From: Oikopleura dioica
Lineage: Eukaryota > Animalia > Chordata
Length of the DNA: 64,000 nt
Direction: 5' to 3'
Assembly (NCBI GenBank): GCA_907165135.1
Contig: OU015568.1
Coordinates: forward strand, 806,001 to 870,000
Position 1 is the stretch's first letter. Every line of letters starts with the position of its first letter. Shown here in pieces: positions 11,360-23,540 of this stretch. Made by a program: the position numbers and the translations under genes. A model generated the notes under the pieces. It had not been told where the DNA came from. It made no database searches and saw nothing but the letters and a program-made list of their open reading frames with translations.

Positions 11360-11895
11360 AATTTTTAGTTTTTGAATTTCCGCTGATAATTTGATATTGT
11401 GGTTAATTTCTTCTTTGACCCGTTTCTGCATTTTTACCGCATTTGTCGCTTTATACAGTAAAAAAATTATTTTGAAATAAACGCCAAAAAGGTCAATTAT
11501 TTTTTACATTCCTTGATTCATTAGAATCGAATTCGTTTCTTCATTGTTTTCCGCCGTTTTCATCTTTGAACTTGTAGTAACCCTATCTTTCCTCCCCGAT
11601 AACAGTCGTGTCGACCCATGGTTTGCTCGCGGTTGTTCGTGACTGTAATCATCTAATTTTACCCGCACCAAATTTAAAAAGAATACCACTAACCATTTTG
11701 AATTATTCCGTTGTCGCATAATTCGTCCGGCTTCAAAAAACTTGTACATCAAATTTAAAATTGACGAACTTATTTTTATGTCAGCAAAATGGGCATTCTA
11801 GAATTTCATTCAACCTTATTATCACCTTACTTAAACGTCGATAACACGAGTCTGTCTTTCAACTTTTATTTTTTATTTACAAAATATTTTGTCGA

Positions 11896-12897
11896 CTAAC
11901 AGTCAAAATTAATTGGCTTGACGGCTCCATCAGAGCAGCATTGGAATTTGTTCAGCCCGATCCACTTGCTAAAAACTTAAAAAAGAGCCCTTGAAATTCA
12001 TCCTTACAAAGCTTTATCTCCCCCTCCGCAGCATTGATGCTCGACTGGAATCCCTCCTTTCTTTGGGCAATTGGCTGGCTGTCGATTGTCAAAAGGCGGG
12101 CTTCCCCAGAAGAAATGGTAGCTTTCGTCGAAGACGTCTTTTGCAAGGAAAAGGTCTTTGACGAATTGAAGGTCGCATTCGAACAGGTCTCGCTCGCAGG
12201 AACCGACGTGGTTCATTGATTCGAAGGAAGATGTCGCTCTCGAGTATTTCCAAGTATACTGGACTCTTTCTCCTAAAAAAAATGTGCTGAAAATTTTTAG
12301 AGGGAAAAATTCTGGAAGCTCTTAAACATAAAATGTATGAGTCGCACAAAAATTCTTCAAAAATATATTTTTATTATTTTTTTTTACCAAATTATGGTTT
12401 GTCTTACCGATGCAAAGATCGCCATGCTCTTGTCTCACACACTTGTTGCACTGCTTGTAGGCTCGGCATTTCGTATCAATCTGATCCTTAGGCGCTCCTA
12501 TCCCCATTTCGGACATTGGTCGATCTCCAAGCAAAAAGCAGTGGCAGCCATAAGCCCAGTACTTTCGCTCGTCGAATTCTTCCGCGCCATTTTCTTTCCA
12601 GAGCTTTTTCGCAATCGCTAGAAAGAGGGTTTAGATTCGGGTTGAGGGAGGGAGGTTACCTTTTAGATCTTGATATCGTCGTTCGTCATCGGTGACGATT
12701 TGATTGGCGAACTTGGCAGAGCTACTGCTAAATCGAGGAGAAATTCCAAGATCTTCGGCTTCCTCAACAGAGCAATCAACTTCTTTCCCGTTTCGGTAGC
12801 AGATGTCATCTTCTTGAGCGAAAGCGCTAGAATCAAGATTAAATTCAGTCCTGGAAATTTTTACTTACGAAATAGCGAGGTAATTAAAAAGCTTCAT
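11896..12897 (-). CDS. Secreted phospholipase A2-like protein (probably non-catalytic)
   Basis: Signal MKLFNYLAISAFA; YGCHC...GAPKDQIDTKCRAYKQCNKC...CERDLFECD; five exons join in frame. Confidence 0.8.
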
Positions 12898-13771
12898 CCT
12901 CTAATTGACAGAAATTTTTTCTCTTTTTGAGATTTTTTTTACTTCTTATCGAAGTTTTTGATAAGAATCATTTCTTGAACCTGGCTTTTTATAACAGAAA
13001 ATGGCAGCAGAGGGACAAGGAGATCAGGGAACGGCTAAGATAATAAGGCTATTTCAATTTTGGATCGACCGGTTTTTCTTTGCAAGAACTGCGTCATCAA
13101 ATTGAATTTGAAGGGGGAAATTTGAATAAGTTTAGTTTTTTCCTGTCTTTAAATTTTTTTCTTTTACTTTTTCAAATTAACGATGCACATGAAATCATGG
13201 AAGAGAACTCATTTCACATGTAACATGAATCTTTTTTATTTCATTAAAAAGAGATGTATCAAAAGAAGAAGCTTGTCAATTGATTCATCATTTCCGAAAG
13301 TTGTTCGTGGTCGTTATTCCCCATTCCAAGAGGGGCCTTTCCACCTTCGTCCAATTTCATCAAGTCTGCGGGCCCCCAATTTTCGAAGGCGTCTTGTTGT
13401 CGCTGCTTTTCCTTCTCTGAAATCAAAAAGGTTATTGTCTAAGAAGATTAGACAGAGAGTTATCTTCGATGATCAATTAAAAAAAACAGATGTAGCAAGT
13501 AAAAAACATGAGCGTTTTAAAAACACGTGTACCGGCCTCCTGGTGAGAACTCATATTTTTGAGTAATTATGAAAATACTTGTGCTATTTGAAAAAAAGGG
13601 GAGATGGAATGATAAAACTTGCTGTAAAAATAGAAATGACATCTATCGTTCAAAAGAAACTTCTCCGTCATTGATTGTTCGAGGCAAGAAATCTTTAAAA
13701 AAATTACTTATAAAGGCGTAAAAATCTTAGTTCCAAAAAATTTGGCCGAAAGAGGGGAAATCTCAGGAACT

Positions 13772-13892
13772 GACAAAAAAACTCGACAAATTTTGCGTGG
13801 AAATTTTAAGCAAAACAGAAGCCTGGACTCAGCTACCCGGCCCATCAGAAGCCTAGTAGCCACCAACGCGAAATTTGTCGAGATTTTTTGTC
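13772..13892. mobile_element. MITE-like family A, copy 1 (~120 bp)
   Basis: Terminal inverted repeats CTCGACAAATTTTGCGT / ACGCGAAATTTGTCGAG; related copies near 19214, 21745 and 23138. Confidence 0.65.
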
Positions 13893-14430
13893 GATTCGTG
13901 ACACCAAACCCAAAAAGGGTCTTACCGGAAAAATCTTCATGAAAGTCCATTTTTCCCTTTATGGAGGCTCTCTCGCTTTCATTTTCTTACCCATTTCTGC
14001 GTGCTGAAGTTGCCAAGACATGCTTTTGACGAGTCCAAAAACTGCGCAGGCGTATAGAATCCGCATTTCACTGTATCGACTTCCGACTTGGAATTACTTC
14101 CTCTCGAATTCTGAACAAGGGCTTTCCTCAATTTTTCCTCCCAAAAAATGAAATTTCGAAAAAATGATTGAAGCCCCTCCTTTTTCGACTGCTAAGAAGA
14201 TTGAGCTCGGACGATAAGAGGGCTCTGCTTTTATATCCTGAGAAAGATGGGCGATTTACCGGATTATTTCTTTCAGAAAATAAGGAAGATGGACAGGTGA
14301 AATGTGCCGAGGAAAAAGAGTCTTACTGTCAAAAGTATCTGTAGTTGACGTGCTAAGTGGCCGTCACTGAGGATGAATGGAAAAAGAAATTGTTCTGTTA
14401 AACATACAGTCTTTCAAATTGCGCTCGGCA

Positions 14431-14524
14431 ACCTGTGAAGAAAACCTAAGTCAGGGTCTGAAAGACCTGAAAATGAAAAGCCGCGCACTTCTTTCAGACC
14501 CTGACTCAGGTTTTCTGCTCAAGT
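14431..14524. mobile_element. MITE-like family B, short copy
   Basis: AAAACCT(A)AGTCAGGGTCTGAAAG ... CTTTCAGACCCTGACTCAGGTTTT inverted repeat. Confidence 0.65.
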
Positions 14525-17500
14525 TGTGGAGCCCAGCCTACAAATCTGTAAGTTGCATAACTGCCTTTACATCTGTCCAGTCTCCCAAAAGCACAAAAAG
14601 TAAGCAACCTAACCGAGATGCTAGACAAAAAGAAAAGGAATAGAATTTCCAGTCTTGCGGATTTCCGCAGTATAATCTTCAGAAGAAAAAATGCCGCGAA
14701 CGCGAATTACCGGGAAAACGATCCAGCCGCTATCGCTATTCTAAACACGTTTTTTGGAAACCTAACAGCTTCTTTATCGCCTCGACTTTGGTTCTAGCAA
14801 GATATTTTTTCTTCCAGAATTTTTGAAAAAGGGCTTTGAAGAGGGCGTGAAAGGTAACAAAAACAAGTTTAGCCGTGACTTTGGTCGCAGCGGATGTTAT
14901 TTCAGCCGCGTGTTTTGTACTGTCACGCGATTGTGTTTTATTTTGAGCGATTACAGTAATGCTCAAGGCCACTTGAAGATGTCGACGGGGCTGCAGCGGC
15001 CACGAATGAGCAGATATCTTATTTTTCACAGAGATTTTGAAGGAAGCCCAAAATCAAAAGCGACCTCGAAAATGATTCCAGGTAAAAATTGGCTGGCTGT
15101 TGTGTTCATAAATGACCGAGAAGCCGCGTTTTGTCGGCTCTGTGGCATCAAAAAAATAGAAATGGCGAGGTGCGGATCGCTCATGTGGCGCTCGCGAGCT
15201 CAAATCTCCTCGCAGCGGAGAGCGTCGCAAGCCTGCTGATTTTTCTGAAGCTTGAGCTTTTTTCTCGGAGAATTTTCTGCTTACAAAGGAGTTTTTGATT
15301 GTTTTTTTAATAAGAGAGGAATAAAATAGAGAGTAAAAAGAAATTTCAAAGAAGAAGGAATCACTTGAATCCGGATCAAAAAGTAAGTCATCTATAACTA
15401 GAGTTTTACTTGAAAATTTAAATTTTCCAATCTAAAATGCTCTAAGAAACGTTTATTTCATTAGCATAAGGTTGAATTAATCTAAGGATTTAACTGTCAG
15501 TTTATCTATAAAAGGAATTTCTTCAAATTAACAGTTATTGAAGTAAGAACAGCATATAAAAGGATGCTCTACTCGTCTTTGTAGTTGCTCCTATATTTAA
15601 AATCAAAACTTCGAATAGATACGAGATCAAATATGCCCAATAAACAAAATTGTGGTGCTTTTATGGTTTTTATCCAAATAAGCGGGAATGGAGGCGGCCC
15701 AAAGTCGAAGATCCTCGTCGCGGGGAAAAATATTTATCTCCGGCAAATCTCCGCCCGAGTCCGTTTTTCCTTTGTTAGGGGCTTAGTATCGTCCTCTTCC
15801 GATAATTCCAAAAATCAAAAGCTTTTAGAAATCATCCCTTTTCTCTTATCACTTCTTTTCTTCGCCAAAGAAAACAGCTTGTTTTCGACGAAAATCCTCA
15901 AAAACTTAAACAGACAAATCTTTCTTTAATTTCTTCATTTTTGCCGCTGCACCGAACCAAAATAAAAAGAAAAGTTGTGTGAGTTGGAGGCAAACAAAAG
16001 CGAATTTACAAATTGGCGGTCTTTTTCGCGGCGGGTGACCAAACGTGCGGAGCAAAAAGCATGACCGCAGACAACTCGCCACACAATGTTGCCCGACTGA
16101 CCAAAGCTCAGAATGTCTCTCTGCAATTTTGCGTAATCGAGTGAACCTTTTTCAGGCGTTTTCTTGACCAATTTAGTTGACAGGGATTTTTGAAAAATTT
16201 CATGGTTTCAAATAAAATTCTTCAATGTTCAATTTTCATCCATTTCAACCTCGTTCAAATGTTTTTTTCTGATTGGTCAATCAAGATAAAAATTGATCGA
16301 CCAATCAGAGGTGCTTTTTATGATTTTCAAAATCGATTATTCTGATTGGTTCAGGCTCAAGCGAAAACCCTCCTTTGAGCCAATCAGAATTCTCGAATTA
16401 AAAATACACCTTCGACTTCTGATTGGTCGATCAATAAGCATCCTGATGAACCAATCAGAAGCAGAAATACAGTTGTTCAAGATTCAGAAGAAGGGAAAAC
16501 CCAAAACTCGCTCGATAAAATGTTTCCATAACGATAAACGGGAGCCTTATCCGGAAGAAAATGTGTGGTAAAGACTTTTGCATAATCCGCGCAGATCGCA
16601 ATTTTATCTACAACACCACGTTTTTCTCAAGTCCTTTTTTTCCTGCTCAGTTAAAATGAGTTTAGTTCTTTCTCTTTTTCCTTTTTTTCTGGTAATTTTC
16701 AACGCCAAAATTTCCGATAAGCTCAATTTTAAGAGCAAAAAACTCAAGATTCAAGTTTTATCTAAATTCCTTTTCCTTGAAATCAAGAATTTTTTTTAAG
16801 TTCAAAACAGCCAAAAAAGTTGACCGGAAAACAAGTGCCACTCGTCATTTTTTGGCATTTCCTGGTTTGTACTTTTGGTTTTGTTCTACACGCGTTGCTC
16901 AATAGAAACAGAAAGGGATTAGAAGCACAAAGACGCGGAAAGCTCCTGTTTCTGTCTTTTTCAGTTAAAAAAATGCCAAAAAATCGGTCTCTATTTCTGT
17001 ATTTCTTCTTTTTTGACTGCACAAAACGCGAGAAGCCGCGTGCAGCTTCGAGTAAACAGCAATTTAGCCGCGTTTTGCGCGTCTTTTTCGCTCTAGACTC
17101 GAAGCCGCAAGCGACTTCTCGCGTATTTACGAGTCAAAAGAGGAGAAATACAGAAAAAGAGACCGATTTTTGGCATTTTTTGACACCTTGTTGGCGCCAA
17201 AATTCTTCCATTTTTCGCGAAGGTGAACATGCGGCCTTTTCTTTACACACCGGGCGGTTTGAAAATAGATCGATTATGACATTACTACGGAATGATCAAT
17301 TTTCCACGCTCTGGTTCGGCCGACTTTTTTTCTACTGAAGGATGGTTTTTCTGTTGCGAGAAGAAAATTCATATGAAATATTGATTGAAGAACTTTTTTC
17401 AGAAAGCATTTTCAAAAACCATAAAATTATTTTAAAAAATATTCTTTTATTTTTTTTTTCTTAAATAAAATATTGGAAATACCATTCTAATGAAAAAAAT

Positions 17501-19213
17501 TAACAAGCAAAGAGAACAAAAAAAATTCTAGAGCCACGAGAAGCTGGCGTTAAATCTGACCGTGGAAAACTTGAATTGTGGCTAGCTCCCGCCCAAAAGT
17601 CGATAAGATGACGAGTTCTTTCTTCAAAAAGTCCCACAAGTTCAACTCTTTTCCCAAAGGACTTACAAGCACTTGTACAATTGTAGCACCTTGATTTTAT
17701 AAATAATTGTCGAAATACAATTCGGAAAAGCAACTACAGCGAATTGGCGGTGTAAAAATAGAAAAGGCAAAACAAGGACTTTGTATTAAATTCACACCAA
17801 GCCTCTTTGTCGTCAAATTAGCTATGGCTGAAAATGGAAAAGAAAAAACATGTTTATTTTTAACGATTTTGGGAAAGCCCGCGATAGTAATTTTTCAAGA
17901 AAGATTAAATAAGTTTGCACTAGAAGTCAATTTGCTTCAAGAAAAGAAAAAAAACAAATATTCAAAACAAAGCCTTTTAATTATCAGGTCGTTGAAAAAC
18001 ATGAGCTGAAAAATGAGGGGACTAAGGAGCAGCCGGAAATGATTATTCCAAATATCAACTAAGCGAAAAGACTAAGAGTTATTCCTGATTATGCGCTCAA
18101 CGTGAGAAACAAATTATTCTCAATTAAACAAATCTGATTAAAAACGCTTATTTCAATTCCTGAACGTCTATTTTCGCGGGTCAAGGGGCATAAACATCAA
18201 TAAGCTGATTTTCAACAAGAATTGAGAACAAAATAGTCTTTACTGTAAATTCTAATTCAGAATAAAAAGGTCAATTTTGGTTTTTGTAAAAAAAAGGCGA
18301 GAAAGTCAGATTTTATTCGATTTTTAACCCGTAAATTGGCCAAATCAGCTGTTTAAAATCATATTTAACAAAAATTATCAGTTACAAATAGCTAGGTATT
18401 CTATATAAGTAATATTCGGTAAGATGATTTTTATACAGTTGATTTTCTCAATTCAAACCAAATAAAATCGACTAAAATCACCAAAAAATTTGACTTTTTC
18501 CAGTTTTTTTTTCTCACAAAAAAATCGAAAATTGATGTGTTTATTCTGATAATATAATATTAGGGAATATTTAATTCGACATAATACTTAAATAAAATCT
18601 TAGAAAATCGAAAATAAGGGTGTGTCGTTCCTCTTTTTGAGAGATCACGTGGGAATTAAATCATTTCTGTCCAAAACGTGGCTTTTCGGTTTGATTCGGA
18701 ATTCTAGCCTCGTCTTCTGGTCGTTTTCGGGAATGATAGTCTGCCCGCATCGTGGCGAGTTCGACCGCGCTGGAAAAATGATATTTTTCGGTGAACCTTG
18801 AATCGACAGTCGTTTATCGCGATTTTTAATTTTAACGAGAACGGTTGATTTTTGATTTATTTTCTAGTAAATTTGAATTTCAGATTTCAGCGAAGAAAAA
18901 TCTCCAAAAAGCGGCGAGGAAATGAGCCGGCTTCGATCTGGTGGAACGACAATCCTCACGGCGAGCACGTAAGTCATCCCAAATAGACATCACCAGATAA
19001 GACTAACAATCCGTCAACCTTTTCCCAGAGCGTAAAAATATACTCGAGGGAGATCTCAGATCATTTTTTGATTAAAGGTTCATCCTCCAATGTTTGGAAA
19101 ATCTTTCCTCCAGAAAACTTAACAGCAAAACCATTGTGTTTTTTTGGGTAAGGGTTTGGATAAAAGTCTAGAGTGTGATTGGGTGTGCCCAAAATGGGGT
19201 GGCTTCAGGAACC

Positions 19214-19332
19214 GACAGAAATTTCGACAAATTTTGCGTGGGCGGCTACTCGGCTTCTGATTGGCTGGTTTTCCGAATCCAGCCTTCTGATTGGCTGAAA
19301 ATTTCCACGCAAAACTTGTCGAAATTTTTTGC
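19214..19332. mobile_element. MITE-like family A, copy 2
   Basis: TTCGACAAATTTTGCGTGG ... CCACGCAAAACTTGTCGAA with two internal CTGATTGG boxes. Confidence 0.65.
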
Positions 19333-21744
19333 TTTTCCTGACACCTCCCCCAATCCCACCCCAGTCTCGTATTTGAACCAAAACCCTAACTCTAACCCTT
19401 ACCTTGGTTGGGGTTATGCTGGGTTTAGAAAAAGGGTCCGATATAATCACAAAGCATTTGGGATTCTGTTGAGAAAATTTCGTCGGAAATTAAGCTCGAA
19501 TTGAACCTGTCCGAAAAGCCCTCGAAAAATGCTCGCGAAATCCGAACATCCGTCCAATTTCAAGCTCTCCTCATCAAATTAACGTCTTATCGCCGCTCAC
19601 ACGTTACATTGACCTTCGACCAGATTTGTTGATCCGCTTTTCAGCCGGAGCAACTGCTAGTCCGCTCTGAAACTTGATCGTGCGGATTTAAGCCGCAACT
19701 GGCGAGGGGAGATTTGCAGACTTTGCTAAAAAATGAGCTCTAGTCTTTTCTCTTTTGACCGCAAATAATTGTCTATATTATAAGTCAGATTTTAGGTCTC
19801 GTCTTGGAAAAACCGAATGTTAAAAGAATCGTATTTCGAAGAAAACGACCTTATTTGAACTTGTTGCTCGAATTTGATAATAATAAGAAACCTCCCTCTT
19901 TTCAACCTTGAGTTATCGTCACTGGTTGTAAATATTTGCAAAGCTTTTTGGTAGCCGTCTCATCCCACGTGAATCTATCTAAACAGCCCTTTTTCTCCCG
20001 CTTTACATTGGAAGGTTAAGAACCCTTACTCGGAGCACAGCCACTTTCCCGAGTCGTTTTTTGCAGCTGCAGCTGGAGCAGCGACATGATCTCACGGTTA
20101 AGTACATCCATATGCTCACTCCACGGGAGCAAGATTGGACACAGAATCTGACACGGCTTACTGCTCAGTGCTCACGAGCTGGATTACTTTTCCGAGGATA
20201 ATGATCTTTGACGTCATTAAAAAGAAAAGATGGCTCGCCACGAATTAATTTCGAGCCGGGTCAAATTTTGGTGAAGAAAAAGAGCTCCGTGAAATTTTGA
20301 TCCATCAAGAAAGGAGAAGGAAAGAAAATTTCTCAAAAAGTAAACCTAAAAATAGAAATTTGTGAGTAGTTGTCGTACAAAAACCACGTTGCAAAGAAGT
20401 ATTGTAATTGTTTCGGGCACTTGTAAAGTACTCAAATTCAATTATTGGCAATCATTCGACCTCAGTTTTTATAATCTTCAAATAATACTTTCTTTATTTT
20501 CTTTCGACAATTAAATTTTTATATTCATTTTTTTAATTAATAATCTTTTTGGAAAATTTCATAAAAGTTTTGACACAAATTGACCAATTTTTTTCCTCGA
20601 TTTGACGAAAAATTCTAAATTGACACGCAAAATTTTGATGAAAACAGGATTATTCGAGTTTAGAATTTCGTAAAATCGCGAATTTCGGATATCGCCCATC
20701 CTTAATTTGCTAATTAGAGTAATAGAAATACGCATTAGTACCCCCACGGGTGCAATTAGAAGCCGTTCGTTTAAAAAAGTGTCGACTTCTTGAGCCGATC
20801 GCAGTCAGACCGGCTTAAAAGTAGAGTCGATGTAAACAGAGCTAGTATCGAAAAACCCAAACGAGCGCGCGCTGCTTCGTCGGTGACATTGCAGCTGCAG
20901 CGGATTAAAACCGGCCCGAACATCAGCCATATCAATGTCCTTAAATCATCAATACGCAGAATTATAACGTAGCCAAAGCCGCGATCGAGAGGGCCACGAA
21001 ATTCTCAAGCAAGGGGTCCCACTTGAACGGGAAAGAAACTAAAATGGAAAGCCGAGCTGCGGCTTTTCCAGTAAAAAAAAGCCGCGCAGCGGCTTAGCCG
21101 ATATAAAAAGAGGAGACAAAAAGGATTGTGTTTTAAAGCCGCTTTGCGGCTTCGTTCTCAAAATAGCCGCTACGCGGCTTTTCATTTTTGCTTTTCAGAA
21201 CCTGACTCAGGTTTTCTTCACAGGTTGTCGAGTCCGAAATCGCTCCTTTGGCTCAAAAAATGACTTCGAAATTGAATCCTCAAAAATCTCGCTCGATTTT
21301 GATAAGCTCGCCTTTCAAAAGAGAAAGAGGCTATTCTGAATAGGCTATTCAATCAGCGCTGCAAAATAATTATCGCCGTTTTCTAAACCGGATCATCCGT
21401 CTTTTCTCGGCTGTTGAGGGTCTCTTCGCCGACAAAACACGAATTCAAAACGAAAATAAACGAATTTAGAAATTAAACGTTTTGTCCTGTTTTGTCAAAC
21501 GTGAGGGAAAAGAACTTAATTAAATTAAAGGATAGAAAGACAAAGTATCTGAATAACGGAATAAAAAAAAAGGATCAAAGGGAGGAGCGCTGTTTTTAAA
21601 AATAATAGACACAATATAACATTTTACGATGAAATAAGGACATCGTATTATAGTCTATAATTTATAGATGTTTGGAAAATAAGGAAAATTTGAGTCGTTG
21701 TTTATCCTTATTCAAAAAAATAGGGATAGCGTCAAGAACCGACT

Positions 21745-21853
21745 GTCAAAAATTTCGACAAATTTCACGTGGGCGGCTATTCTGCTGCTGATAGGCCGAG
21801 TCCTGACTTCTGATTGGTTGTAAATTTCAGCGCCAAATTTGTCAATTTTTTTC
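21745..21853. mobile_element. MITE-like family A, copy 3 (diverged)
   Basis: Same termini and internal CTGATTGG as copy 2. Confidence 0.6.
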
Positions 21854-23137
21854 TTCAAAAGAGGACGAATCAAAAGTCAGCTTTCGGCTTATCCGCCAAT
21901 CCGCTCTCAATACTTTAACAGAAGGGCGTCCTTAAGAATTTTTTTTTTAATTGATGAAAAATGATGAAGAAAATCCTGATTTTTTGATCAAGTAACCGGT
22001 TAAAATAAAATCTTACCGCTTTTTCTATTGTTTTCTCAGCCTGAACGGTTGTCAAACTTTTCTGATCTCCGTTTGTTATTTTATTTTACGCACAACAAAA
22101 ACACTTGTTGCACTCAATTTCGCCGCAGTTGGGGAATTTAACTCACGTTATTTTTATATACCTCCGCAGAAAAAATAACATATTTTATAATAATGGATAG
22201 ACACGTGTCATGAGCTCCAAGAACAAGCAAAATAGATGGCGGAACATAAAACAATCTAATTCTGACAAACCAGCCCCTTTTTTGTTGAAGAATTTTTCTT
22301 TAGAAGTTTCTAACAGTTTCTGTTTCTAGTGTACAATATGGTCGCCCGCCGCAGAAACGCCCGGTCTACCGATCCGAATTCGTCATCCGGCTAAGGAAGG
22401 TCCAAAAATCCGCTCTAGAATTTTGCATAGCGGAAGATCGCCACGAATTTTTCTTCCAAAAAGTTCCTAGAGCAAAATTTACAGCAAGAAAAGTTTCTTT
22501 CATCGAGTTTTAAGGGTATCGATATCGATTTAAATGGTTTAACCTTACTGTTAGGCCTAGGGTTAGGGTTAGGATTAGGATTTTCATGTATCAAATCGCT
22601 GATAACACTCTTAATCCTAAATTCATTTATTCGACTAAAAACACCAAATCTTAATATTGTTACTAGAAAAAGACTGGTAGACAGTAAAAAGGTGTCTTTC
22701 TAAAAAGTCGATCGTATTCCTTGATCGAATTATTCTCCAGAATCATACAGCTGCTATTTTGGTATTTTGACAAAAGCGCAATTCAAACCTTTTCACAACT
22801 CAGCAAATTACAATTCAGAACCAAATAATACATTCTTTCGTAATTAGGCCATAAACGTTTTTTTAACCTTTCTTTTCTCTTCGCATTCTTTTATCTTTCA
22901 TGATCGTTAAGATTCGGATAACTTATCCGGGATAAGCCATTTTTGAATATTCAAAGAAAACAGATTTAACAGTTCAAAATAGAGAGAAAATGGTAGAGGA
23001 AAATCCAAAAGGAAGCGGATTTTCATATTTAAAACATTAGAAAATAGGCTCAAAAACCTGTGAAAATAGCTAGCTCAGGGACTTGAAGCCCTTACTCAGG
23101 TTTTTCGACAGGTTTTTGAGGGGAGGTATCTTGACCC

Positions 23138-23254
23138 GACAAAAACTTCGATATTTTTGCGTGGAAATTTTCAACCAATCAGAAGCCTTGATTTGGCTTA
23201 CCAGCCAATCAGCAGCCAAGAAACCGCCAACGCAAAATTTGTCGAGTTTTTTGT
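23138..23254. mobile_element. MITE-like family A, copy 4
   Basis: Same layout with two CCAATCAG boxes. Confidence 0.6.
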
Positions 23255-23540
23255 GGATTCGTCAGGGGTCTGGATTCGCTTTGCGAAATCGCCATATAGC
23301 GAAGCGAAGCGAGGCGAAGCGAATTCGCTTCGCTTCGCTTTCGCTTTTGAAAATTTCAATTCGCTTCGTGACACCACCCCGTTTTGACCTCATATTGTTC
23401 GGAAAAATTCATGATTCAGCAAAAATTTTAACTTGATTTTAACAAAAAAGCCCGTAAAAAGTAACTGCCCTTCTAAATAAAATCTCATATTTTTCGACCT
23501 CGTTGACAAGATCCAACCTGGATAAAAGAGCACTTACACA

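Noticed and set aside
22555-22582. TTAGGG-like tracts (also near 19385, 28495, 37880 and 55970)
   Set aside because: Only 2-4 imperfect units each and often part of dispersed elements; no evidence of an interstitial telomere.
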